From Adineta vaga (lineage: Eukaryota; Animalia; Rotifera), in the NCBI GenBank assembly GCA_021613535.1, contig CP075492.1:4836001-4900000 (forward strand): a stretch of 64,000 bases of DNA. Direction: 5' to 3'. The notes under the pieces were generated by a model. The model was not told the origin of the DNA and ran no database searches. It saw only the letters and a list, made by a program, of their open reading frames with translations. The translations under genes were made by a program, and so were the position numbers. Every line of letters starts with the position of its first letter. Positions within the stretch are counted from its first letter, which is position 1. Below, one piece after another: positions 49,539 to 61,240 of this stretch.

Positions 49539-50392
49539 TCAATATTCATCAAATGATTGTCCACATGATGAACAAAAATTAGCTGTCAAATCACGTCGTG
49601 GTACACTACATCTGGAGCAAAATCTTGTATTTGAATCAGAATATGATGGAAGATCATCGAAATCTTGCCGTTCAAAGGGCACCTCTGTCACAAAAACATC
49701 TGCATTAGAATCATAGATTGAATTGTAGTGAACGCAAGAAGCTGAAGAACCAATATCAATTACTATCTAGAAAAGAGAAAACATTTTGAATAAAATTTTG
49801 TAGTTTTTATTCTTAAAAACAATCAAGAAAAGAATACTTACACGACAATATGTTATTTTACAATATAGGAATAATGTACAACTATCAAGTTGATCCTCTA
49901 ATCTCCAGGAACATGTCCCTGGTAATCTTGAACCATAATTCAATGATTCTTTAGTAATTGCATTGTGCATTCGTTTAAGATTGATCGGTCCACTTATCAA
50001 GAGAATAATCGGTGATATGCAACCGACGGTGAGTAGAATCATGGTGAAAGTAAATAATGGCTTGGGGGGAAATGAGTCAGATATATCTGTTTTGTCCAGA
50101 TAGAGTAAGAAACATATAAATGAACCAATGAAACTAAAAATAGTGCTTAAGAGACAGTGAACGTATAATTATTTATTAAAATAAGTATTCGATTGATTTT
50201 TTTCATCGATTCTTCAAATTCATTTGGGCTAATTATACCAATCAACTGAACTCGGTATGTCGAATCAAATTGTGCGGTCATACCTCCAGCTAAAATACTG
50301 TCAAAGTAGTGCTTTTATGAATGAGAAAATGTTCTCTTACTTAGAACAACCGGAATTGAAATCAGGTTAGGAAACATAGAAATATGCATCAT
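49539..50392 (-). pseudogene. Tandem paralog of the 48.6-49.4 kb gene, disrupted near 50170
   Basis: FDSTYRVQLIGIISPNEFEESMKKIN; TCSWRL; LPSYSD; CSRC...CSSCG; same intron layout; frame break before TM1. Confidence 0.7.
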
Positions 50393-51624
50393 TGTGGAAT
50401 TGTCGAGATCAACAATTCTTGGATCAAAACAATTAATAATAGTACCTTATCTTACTTGTATCTAGAAATGAAAAGTGTATCGAGCGACTATATATTTACT
50501 CATTAATAGTCTAGACTGATAAAAAGAAAAAAATACATCGACTTTTTATCGAAAATTAAAAAAAATATAGAAAAAGTATTAATCTCTCTGTTTCTCTCTC
50601 TCTCTTTCTCGATATATATGCTTTAGATAAGACTTCGTGGATAAAATTAATGGAGGTTAATAAATTCTCAAATAAACAGCTTATTATTATTATATAAAAC
50701 CAATGCATCACTCGAGAGTGTATAAAGTTAAAAGAGGACATGAATTCTTACTTACTTTAGTTTATCTGGTGCTTTACCTAAGATTTGAGCGAAGATGAAT
50801 GTGAACCTTCCAAATGACTCATAAATATCTTATCCTGATAAATGGTCATCGATTACGGGAATACAAATTCTTCATATCATTACGATAATCTTGTTTACGT
50901 ATGTTTACCTAACTATGATAGACGATTGTAAAACAACACTTTACTTTTCAAAAATCAAACATAAAAACAATTGATCATAACGATGTCAGATATATTATAT
51001 GAAACCAACAAAGAGAGAAAAGAACAGACACATATGCGCATCTGAAGTAGAATCAAAAGAGATGGATGGAAAATATTCGAAGAATTCAACTTTTTTACAT
51101 TAGCAAATTAACAATAAGAATAAACATCATACTAGTCAAAAATGATTTCATTTGATCTAATTAAAGACGAAAATAATTCGCTCATTTTGATAGCATGTTT
51201 CATACTATGTCAAATGAAAAAAGACGTCGTTTTTTCCTCTTCTCTATTGCATCCGAAATATCATCTAATGATTATATAAAATTTATCGTTACTATAACTC
51301 TTTCTATAGACAGGTTAGTCATCTATTTTGCTTTTAGATCTCAAAACAGATTGGTTTAATTATTTTACTTTTATTCTCTAGATATGAAAAAATTATCAGA
51401 TAAAAATAATATTATTTTTCTTTCATTCTTCCTTTGAACATACACATTTAAATAGTTCTGAGGAAGCATTTCTATATTTATCGTAAAGAGTATATAGTAT
51501 GTATAACAATCAAATATGTTGTGAGTATTGATGAAAAAATAATAAAAAACTATGTCTATTAGTTTTTTCTTCTACTATATAGTCTTTTCAGTCATTCTAT
51601 CCTTGAACTTGAATTTGGTCGTGG

Positions 51625-51770
51625 CTCGATCAACAGGCCTTTGGAAATCGATAAATATGATGAAGAGTTTGACTAGTTCCGAGCTGTATGATCCATCGGC
51701 AAAACACTAGACTACTACTGAGCTTTATAATTCAGGAATCCAAACACCAACGTACACGAAAGCATGGCTA
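51625..51770 (+). pseudogene. Degraded Kelch-repeat remnant
   Basis: STGLWKSINMM and SELYDPSAKH*TTTELY resemble the Kelch ELYDPSTG.WT motif, with stops and deletions. Confidence 0.5.
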
Positions 51771-52173
51771 ATCCAAAAGCTTAAATTCCTGATCAATGTG
51801 TTAGTCTTTTCGTTTCTTTTCCATTGACATCGAAAACTTTCTTATTGTACTTCTTTTTTGTCAAGTTGAGCGTGCAAGTGATACAACCATATCTCATCCA
51901 CATTCATGCTCTATAACATAAGTAAGCAATACATTTATAGTTTTCCATCTTAACTTAGGACACATTGTCTTAGTAACACTAGACATATAGTTAACAAATA
52001 TTATTACGACACCATACTCGCTTCTTTTCACACTCTTCAAAATTTTTCATTTCGCCTTTTTATAACACAAAAAGATGGTAATTAGGCAAGCCATATATCT
52101 TGTATAAGATAGCGACAATCAAAAGAGTATGTTATGCATTCATTTTCTATAATATTCTGTTTTTGTTAAAAGT

Positions 52174-52673
52174 ATGAATAATATATTTTCTCCGCCAACG
52201 ATCAAACAATGAGCTAGAGCACCTGATAACGTGTATCAGGTAAAGTTTTTTGACTGAAATCAATCTAATTTTGTTTTAATATATTCTAGTTAGATGATTA
52301 CCTTCGTCGAGCAATGACTCTTGGAATCAATGAATATTTTCAATCGATTCCAGCACCAAATGAAGAAAACACATTTACTGTTCAAGAACCTGAGCAAATA
52401 TCGATAACAAACGGTAAATTGAATTATTGTAATATATGATCAACTCAAATAAAACTATATTTCTTCCCTATAGATTACCTTCATTTGATATTTACTAAAT
52501 TCGGACAATTTCTCAAAGAGGCTTTTCAAATTTGTCGATTTGAAATGATTCTAGAAGGCAAAAGTCCAGAAAACATATATCGCGTCCTGTTAAAATATTC
52601 AAATCGGATAGGTAATTTGCAAGATAGAAATAAAACTGTAGAAAACATCAACACCTTTTATAAAAACAAGTAA
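52174..52673 (+). pseudogene. 3' exons of an unknown gene fragment
   Basis: Canonical splice sites join DDYLRRAMTLGINEYFQSIP...ITN to YLHLIFTKFGQFLKEAF...; the upstream exon is unresolved and one frame has a stop. Confidence 0.35.
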
Positions 52674-52718
52674 TCATTCAAAAGATTTATTTAAATAAAA
52701 AGAACTATAATCCGTTAA

Positions 52719-53618
52719 TTAAACTTTATCGACTAAGTCTTCGATTATTTCATCTAATAATTCTTCTACGCCTTTATTAAACAGTTTATTAGGAATCATT
52801 TTTTTCACCAATGATGTGGCCAAATTCGTTTGTTCATTATCTACGATAGCATATACAATAATAACAATTAATTGATTATGTTCAATTTTCGATTTCATTT
52901 TAAAAATAATATCGCTTGATTCATTATTTTTTGATGATCTATAATCAGAAATATTTCGATTACATTTCACTAAGGCTTGTAAATTGTTTTTAATAAATTC
53001 TCTAACTGTTATTGGCATATGATTTTTTAATAAATACTGTTCCAAATAATATGTGCCATCATATGAGAGAATTTCTGATACGAAACATTTCGTTGAAATG
53101 CCCACAACATCAAAATATTGTTGTAATCCTAAACATCTTTTAAATTTCTCATCGAGATCTGCACGTCTTAATGTTGCTGTTCGTTGTTCAACTGGTAAAG
53201 ATGGAGTAAGTGCTATAGATATAGTAGATCATACTAACTTATCTCATTAAATTAAGATAGAGAACTTACTAATGGTAATTACTAGAGTATCATTTTGATT
53301 TGGTTGAATCATCTACAATCAAATTCAAAATGAATATATATACATATATATGAGAATATAGTCCTATACTTCATGATCTTGATCTTCTTTAATGAACAAT
53401 TCTATTGTTTTGTTGGCACTTGACATTAATTGATGAAGAACATCTTTTGTTAGTTCTTGAAAATTTCCATTCTTCGCATGATACATGAGAATGTAAGGTG
53501 TGGATCCAAGATGAAATTCAGCTGAAATAGCTTTATAAACATAATCTAAACTATCCGTAGTGTTTAACAAAATATTAGCTGCTTGATCATTTCTATGTAC
53601 AATGGCAATAACTTCCAT
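52719..53618 (-). CDS. Unknown protein, possible ubiquitin/PB1-like N-terminus
   Basis: ATG 53618; exons linked by short introns to the 52719-53105 ORF; the fold call is weak. Confidence 0.5.
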
Positions 53619-54819
53619 TATGAAAAATTAATTTTCGATCTAAAACATATACAATATGCGATTCAAATCGAGTTCTTAGTATACGAATAATACTCTATCA
53701 TAAGAGGTTTCGACAACAGAATCTATTATGTGAATCAAAATCGTAACATATTTTATATGGAACAGAAACTTGTTATTGTTTAGTACAAAAATTAGTAAAT
53801 GCATCAGATAGCTTATCAATTGTGCAAGAATAATTGAGTAAATATAGGTGATTCATCATTTTCAAAATACGCCATAACAAAAACAAATATATATGTAATA
53901 ATTAAAGTCCAATACAAAGTAATATACAAGTTATTTTTCACATATACTTTACCGTGAAATGGAGAAAAAAAACGTTAGCAATATTTTTGCGGAGTAACTA
54001 GGAAGAGTGACGTCAACAGTTATCAACACCTACACCATCAAGATTCGATTGAATAGTACATGATGAATTGGTGTTGGAGGAGGATATGGTCGTGAGTCAG
54101 TTATGAAATTTTCATCGTCATCGGAATACAATGATTTTTTTATTATTCAATAAATAGTACAACAGAAATGATGAAACTCGTCTAATTGGAATGTCTCGTA
54201 ATTCAATTACAAATGATGTGACAGTGAAAAATTAACAATGTTTTTTATGTTTTTTTTACAAAGATTTCAGAATCGAGATCAGTAATTGTTATTATTTTCT
54301 GTTTATTTCTTTATAAAGATTTGTCTGATTATAAAATTTAAAAAAAAGTCAAACTGTTTGGCGGTCGAATTAGTTTCCTAGGAACAGTGAATTTTTGATT
54401 TATCACTATCGATAGAGAAATCAACAATACAATCATTTTTCAAAGGATCACTTATAATTCTTTACTGCATAGAATTTTGTTATCTCCTTCCATATTAGAA
54501 ATTCATGAAGGCCTCTAATCTTGCCAACGCTAAAATTTTTTGGAGGCAACTGCTAAAGTGTTCTATGACTTTTAAATAATGCAAATATCCAAATTGTTAG
54601 TTCCGTTCAAACTTTTTTCAGGTGATTATGAACATAATTTTGAATTTTAAACACATTTTAACCTCAGAATTTAATTCTTTTTTAAACTTGGCTATGAAAA
54701 AGATGCAAAAGGTTCCGAAAAAAGCACTCCAAAAGATTTTAAAACACGGATATTTTTATATGATTCTCTTAATCGAAAGCTAAAAAGGAAACTTCTAGTA
54801 TTTGGGAGGAGCAATATAT

Positions 54820-54866
54820 TTCGGTTCGGTTTGATTTTGCAAAAACACGAACCGATCCCATCACTG
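54820..54866 (-). mobile_element. Possible single DNA-transposon (hAT-like) terminus
   Basis: Minus strand starts CAGTGATGGGATCGGTTCG with internal inverted repeat TCGGTTCG/CGAACCGA; abuts a 5'-truncated gene; no partner TIR found. Confidence 0.3.
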
Positions 54867-54882
54867 ATGTATATGAGAATAA

Positions 54883-55820
54883 TATAGTACGAAAAGTTAT
54901 AGTACAGTTTATGAATTTCTTCATGATAAACGTACTGAGTTATTTAAAACACAATATGCAGAGAATAAGAAATATGTTGAACAAGCAAAAGAAAAACATA
55001 CGATTTCAAAGAATTTTTTGTCGAATCTTTGCTCAACAAATCGTGATGAAATAAAAACATTTTTAATTGAAGAAAATCGAGGAGCAGGAGGAATATCAGA
55101 ATCACGAACTGTTTGTCTTATGGATGCAACAGTTTCCAGACTCATTTGTTACATAAATGTAAGCATACAGTAGATATTATGTTTGAACGTGCATCGGAAA
55201 TCTTAAGAGATTATCAAATGAATACCAACTCATTTCAAATTCAATTTGCTGTCTATCGAAATTATAATAATCGAGAAGATAAACTTCTTCAAAGTTCTCC
55301 TTGGGAAACTAAACCAAATAACTTACGTGCTTTTATGAATACGATTAATGTTGATGGTGGATGGGCGAATGAAACGATAGAAATAGGTTTATGGCATGCC
55401 AATAAGGAACATGCTAGAGAACCTATTACACAAGTTATCTTAATCGGGGATGCACATCCAAATAGTTTAGAGGATGTTCAAAAGAAAAGAAGCAAATTTG
55501 GAGAAAAATATTGGAAAAAAACGAAATTTTCTCGACCAACTTATTATGCAAAAGAATTAGATCAATTAATAGAAAATCATATTCTCGTACATGCTTTTTA
55601 TGTAGAAACGCGCGCAAAAGAAAAATTTAAAGAAATAGCGAATCGAACAGTGGAACGATGCGAAATGTTAGATATTAATTCAACTGATGTAGGAGCGGAT
55701 ATGTTAACAGATTTAGTCACCGAGCAAATTTTAAATAACATTGGAGGAGAAAGTAAAGGACAAGAACTTATTAATGCTTACAGAAAGAAATTTCCAAAGA
55801 GTTATACTAGTATTAAATAG
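54883..55820 (+). pseudogene. 5'-truncated, frameshifted vWA-domain gene fragment
   Basis: SRTVCLMDATVS (degenerate DxTxS MIDAS), then a 1-nt shift at ~55138 into THLLHKC...FAVYRNY...GGWANE.IEIGL...QVILIGDA.PN. Confidence 0.75.
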
Positions 55821-56137
55821 ATCGGATAATGACTCATAAAGTTTTCGGCATACAAGATTATCAAATGTTATTTATTGCATGATATTTTCACTGATTTGTA
55901 TTGCTTACGTATAATTATTCTTATTCTTTTCTATAATCTCGAATTTTTTTTTACTATTATTTTATTTCTGAATCTGTTACAAATTAATATTTTATTCGTA
56001 ATTTTTTGTAACAAATTTTTTTTTATCTTTGATGTAATAATTAATTGAGCAAACGAGGGTGGGTGCGAATATTATCTTCAGTTTGTATACTACACCCTCA
56101 AGATTTTCACAAGATTGATAACGAAACAAAAGAAGTT

Positions 56138-56719
56138 TTACTTACCGAAACAATATTGTATAAGTATACATATAACATTTGATTGATTCACAAAATGTTG
56201 TAAGTTATAAACTGGGACGGATGCGCTTAAATGTTGAAAATTTCCACCAGCTATGTAGAACATTACGGGTAATAAGGATGAACTTGTTGATCGTGGTGTA
56301 AATACATTTAAGTATAAACAATCTTCTGACATGTACATATGAAGATATAAAGATATACATGCATTTCAAATACGTAGGACTTCTGGGCACATGATTGGTG
56401 GTAAACTACAATGTGGCTGTGACGCATTGATAACTTTTGGTGCCCGTTTAGAAACAGGTACTGGACGTTTCTATCTGCAAATATTTATATAAAACAAGAA
56501 CTTTTTTTGTTTATAATCAAACCTCAATGTATCTACTGGTGGTTGAGCATATGAAATTCCATAAAAAATCCGAGCTAGATCTGTTTTATAACCTTGAATG
56601 TCACCATAGTCAGTATGTACGATCACAGATTTGCCAGCACTTACAATCGATCGACAATAAATCGCAATAACACAACATATAAAATACACTGATGTCATTC
56701 GGAATATTGTGTCTTCCAT
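56138..56719 (-). pseudogene. Type-B carboxylesterase pseudogene, 5' part only
   Basis: GISYAQPPVDTLR*K.P (Trp to TAG), SEDCLYLNVFTP signature, PVMFYIAGG; no exon with GxSxG downstream. Confidence 0.85.
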
Positions 56720-57174
56720 ACTTTATTTTTACTTTTAAACTGATTTTGTTGATATATTCTGATAACAAAATGCAAGTCGCTAAAAGATGGTAGAGACTTG
56801 TTATCAAGTAGAATAAAAACTAGGTTATTTTTTTCACGTATCAGCAGTATATTTTATTTGCTTGCAAATTTAAAAAATGACTATACAATTCTCTATTATT
56901 GACGTGATTTCATAATAAATTCTCTTTCGATCACGTTTTACTTTCGACTATAAACAGAGTATAGAAGAGAAAAAGAAAATGCTATGTTTTATTTGTTTTC
57001 CGTCTGTCACAAACTTAATAAGATTGTCAATCATTGGACATTTCGTCTGAAGAAAAATTACTTCCTAGTTTATAGAATTGCGTCATCAATTCTACGATTT
57101 CAATCTACGTCGTTCGATTCTATTAAATTTCTGTATAAAATCTCATGCATTTTTCTTTGCATTGTAAACATAAA

Positions 57175-57384
57175 ATGTCGTCCGAATCAGATTTGAAGAA
57201 AAACAATAGCTCATCTACGACTATTCCTGTCACATGCAAGACAATCAAAATTATCAATCGTTTAATTGGTGTAGATGGTATAACATTAGGAGTTGAAGTG
57301 CAAGAAAGTGAATGTCAAACAACGAATTTATTCAATACATATAACGCTCATAACAATCATTTTGGTCGAACAAAAGCAAATTAA
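57175..57384 (+). CDS. Possible small unknown protein (69 aa)
   Basis: AAAATG context and open frame MSSESDLKK...; no motif. Confidence 0.25.
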   Translation: MSSESDLKKNNSSSTTIPVTCKTIKIINRLIGVDGITLGVEVQESECQTTNLFNTYNAHNNHFGRTKAN

Positions 57385-57651
57385 TATGGAAGAATTCAAT
57401 TGATCTGTATATTTGAACTCAAATTTCCTCTATTTGTATATAACTTTCATCTCTCTATCGTTATTTTTTTATCGTTAAATACACGTTTTCTTTCTTTGAC
57501 TCACAATCAAAACATTTCATATGTGTTTTTCTTTTGTTAAACTCTTCTTTGATAATAGCATACTTTATCTACAATCTTGCCTTTTCCAGCACAAATAAAA
57601 CAACACCACTCATCTGTCATTGTAGTACGTAATTTTTTTCAAATTAAACAC

Positions 57652-58464
57652 ATGAAAAGTAGTATTTCGATCGATTCTCTTGAATATCCATATCCAACTT
57701 ATATTCCAAGTAAAACAGCAGCAGGTTGTGTTGCTGCTTTAGTTAGTATATCACTTCTTGCTTGGTTTATTCAAACATGCCAACAACGTTTTCAACCGCG
57801 ACGTATATCTTTTCTTCTACTTATTTCACATATGACGATTTTTATTGAACTTATTGTTCGTGCAACTGTTCCTTCGAAAAATCAAAACTCGAAAGCTGTT
57901 TTCTCTATAATCAATATACTGTTTGCAATTGGTCAAAGGATGATTATTGTCGGAAATTTTGCTTTTATCACAGAAATGCATCATAAAAAATCACGTTTCA
58001 TTGTTCTTAGTGCTATTTTTTGTGTAGTAACATCAGGTATTTTAATGGTACCAGCGAATATGTTATCATACAAATCAGATACCATTAATACAAGTTATAT
58101 TTTTCGTGAATTATCTGCCGTAGTATTACTTTTTATAACCTTACTTTTCTATCCAGTTTGGTATTGGAGTAAAACTATTAAAGATATGAATAATCAAGCA
58201 CTTATTCTTATCAGTATTTCCAGTATTATGTGTATTACAGCAGCTACGTTTAATGTTATTCAATCATTATCAACTTTTTATACAGAAATCAATAGTACTG
58301 AAGGATGGTTCTATGCTTTTCAAATGACACCGATTATATTTGCCCATTTTACTTGGTCAATTTTTCATCCAAAACGCAGTTTAGTTTCGAAACATCCATT
58401 GATAGAACGAACAAAAAGTGAACAGATAATAACGAACGAAGAACTACCGGTGGATACAATATAA
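57652..58464 (+). CDS. RTA1-like 7-TM protein, fungal-type
   Basis: Y.PS..AA N-terminus, ELIVR, and E.WFYAF...P......W..FHP C-terminus match the RTA1 pattern; intronless. Confidence 0.75.
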   Translation: MKSSISIDSLEYPYPTYIPSKTAAGCVAALVSISLLAWFIQTCQQRFQPRRISFLLLISHMTIFIELIVRATVPSKNQNSKAVFSIINILFAIGQRMIIVGNFAFITEMHHKKSRFIVLSAIFCVVTSGILMVPANMLSYKSDTINTSYIFRELSAVVLLFITLLFYPVWYWSKTIKDMNNQALILISISSIMCITAATFNVIQSLSTFYTEINSTEGWFYAFQMTPIIFAHFTWSIFHPKRSLVSKHPLIERTKSEQIITNEELPVDTI

Positions 58465-58546
58465 TTAGAAGGAAAAAATTTGTTATTCGTTTCTTTTTTT
58501 GCGTCTATTTTTTTTAATGTTTACGATACATAGATCTATTGAAAAG

Positions 58547-60003
58547 TTAATTACATTCTGCTAGTAGCACGGCCATCGCATTGTTATCTTGATTAAGTAT
58601 AGCTAAATCAAATAGTCCATCCTCATCGAAATCCGAAGCAATTATAGCCTTCAATGAATGACCTGCTGATGATAATGTTTGTATTCCACCAAATGTTCCA
58701 TTTCCATAACCATAATATGTAGATATATTACCAAGTTGATTACTAATAGCTAAATCCATTACAGCATCACCATCAAGATCTTGAATAGCAATATCAATAG
58801 GATTGATTATCGATGTTGTATAGGTAGAAGAAGACAATCTAATGAACATACCCATACCATTATTAATGAAGATATTGATTGAATTTGAATCGAAATTTCC
58901 TACAACCAGATCCGAGATCAAATCTCCATTGAAATCTTTAGTTCGAACTAAATATGGTGTTGATTCTGTTGCATAAACAGAAGCAGTACTTTGAAAACTG
59001 CCATTTCCAAACCCAAAGAAAATCGATAAACTATTACTGTCTCGACTAACGACAGCTAAATCGATCTTTCCATCATTGTTGAAATCAGCACTGGCAACAG
59101 ATGAGGGTAATGCTCTGGCTGCGTAGGACTCGCCAGGTAGTTGGAAAGTTCCATTACCATAACCAAGAAAAGTCGTGATATAATGACTACCTGTATTGGT
59201 GACAATTAAATCAAGTTTCGTATCATTATTGACATTTGCAGTGATTACTGAGGAAGGTAAACTACCATTACTCGAGAAGGGCATAACCGGCATGTAAAAT
59301 GAATCATTACCTAATCCACATAGAAGGGAAATGGTATTCGATGCTTCATTGCAAACCGCTAAATCAACGTTTCCATCATCATTGAAATCTTCAGCAACAT
59401 GCCAATAAGAATTGGTTCCATTGGTGGGAAAATTCAATACTGTGAGCTCAAATGATCCGTTACCTAAGCCTAAAAAGATTGAAATACTATTTGCATTTGT
59501 GTTGCTGACTGCTAGATCGACATGACCATCTTTATTGAAATCAGATGACACTGCACCTATCGGTCCCGAGCCAGTAGCACGAAGCGTCGGTGGCTGTTGA
59601 AAGTTGTATTTGGAACAGGCTAGAATGGAAAGAGATTGACAAAAGTTTGTTACGAATAAAAATCTGTAAGAAACTTACGAATCCACGTTTCATTAGCTCG
59701 AGTGATTACAGTCGTATTTTTATTGGACGGTAACTTGCCTAACCATTGTTCTTTTATTGTCGCAGAAAATAATAAGCAACGTTGATTGAAACTATAATAG
59801 GTAGCAGTGAGACATTGTGAGTTACCCAGACATTGACAAATGCATTGATAAAGAGAATTTATATTAGAAAGTTCGGCAAATTTTACACTATTCGCCGATG
59901 ATATTAAATGAGCGTTATTTATTTTAGCGATACGTATTGTGGATATAGAAAAACAACCAATGAAGAGAATAAAAATCAAACGATAGAACATTGTAAAAAA
60001 CAT
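58547..60003 (-). CDS. Secreted PAN/Apple + 7 FG-GAP/VCBS repeat protein
   Basis: Signal peptide; QCICQCL...CLTATY....RCLLFS (PAN); one ~60-nt intron near 59620-59680; seven DFNxDGxxDL repeats. Confidence 0.88.
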
Positions 60004-60418
60004 GATTTATTTTTTAATACAAACTATACAAATAAGAATTTAATAAAATGGAAAAGTACCGATGTAGACAGTTTGAAATAACAAAGAATCAATCAAATAT
60101 TTTCTCACCACTTGTAAGGGAGCATTTCAAAATGTTTGCCATCCTTTCGGCCGCTTTGTCGCAGTATATACTTTAAAAAAGGCAGTTATCTATTTTATTT
60201 ACATTATTTATTTCATCTGCTAAAAAGGAATGTACTTCAATAGAGAGCTTTTTTTTAAATATTTTTATGAACATTGACCCAGTAAAACTTTTCATTTTTT
60301 CTCCAATTATAGATGCAATCATCTAACTATTAGGATAAAACATGAATCTCTTCTTTATTCACTTATATAAAAGAAATATTACATTTGTAGTAAAATTAAT
60401 AGATGTACACAAATTGAT

Positions 60419-60871
60419 TTAATTATCCAGAGATTTTTTTGTTGATGATTTTAGAACTTCTCGTTTGAAAAGTTCACAAAGAATATCTCCATGACATGGC
60501 GCAGGTTTACACCAACATCCTAATTGTTTTCCTGCAAGTTCATGAAGATCATCGAGAAGATTATTTTCATTGGATTCAATATATTTTCTATAACGATTTA
60601 AGACTTCATCACGTCCATGTTGTTTGACTGAATATGGATTGTGCCATTTACTCTGTAGCAATTTCCAACCACCCATATTACAAGCACGACCAATATAGAT
60701 ATCACAATCTTGCACAACTTTACCTTTTAAACGACGTAAATGAACAACAGTTGGTGCGCGAAGAATCGATTGAGTTTCATCAGTTGGTTTATCTAATTTG
60801 ATGAATTTCGAACGAATATCTGTTTGACTACATTCGATATGTTTACGTTTGTTACTGTTTGATGACGCCAT
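60419..60871 (-). CDS. DUF4326-domain protein with a basic N-terminal extension
   Basis: VVHL...DIYIGR...SKWHNPY...L.EL.GK.LGCWCKPAPCHGDIL; intronless. Confidence 0.85.
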   Translation of the reverse strand: MASSNSNKRKHIECSQTDIRSKFIKLDKPTDETQSILRAPTVVHLRRLKGKVVQDCDIYIGRACNMGGWKLLQSKWHNPYSVKQHGRDEVLNRYRKYIESNENNLLDDLHELAGKQLGCWCKPAPCHGDILCELFKREVLKSSTKKSLDN

Positions 60872-61240
60872 TACGATTGTAAACTAGTTACTGAAAAGAA
60901 AATCACATATACAAGGAGAATTAAAAAAAAAGAAAGAAAACGATGAGTCATCATCGAGTAATTTCATAACAACACGTCATATATTCTTTTCCTTTTCGAC
61001 TGCGAAGAGAACATATCTATGAACAACAATAACAACAACAAAATGTAGAATAGCATTATCTAAAGATTAAAATAAATATATCTGTTCGATATATCACTTC
61101 TTACGAGTACCTTTTCTTGTTAATCTTACCTAAATATCGATGTACATCTGTCGTTATGTTGATATATTCTTCTATAGCACTTGAGAAAGAACGAATAAGA
61201 ACTATTTCGATTTAGTCTGTATCTATTGAAATCAAATTCG

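Noticed and set aside
43367-56473. Repeated Trp-to-stop changes as a targeted mutational process or a variant genetic code
   Set aside because: Only about three cases, all in otherwise damaged genes; TGG is the easiest nonsense route to notice, and intact genes use standard stops
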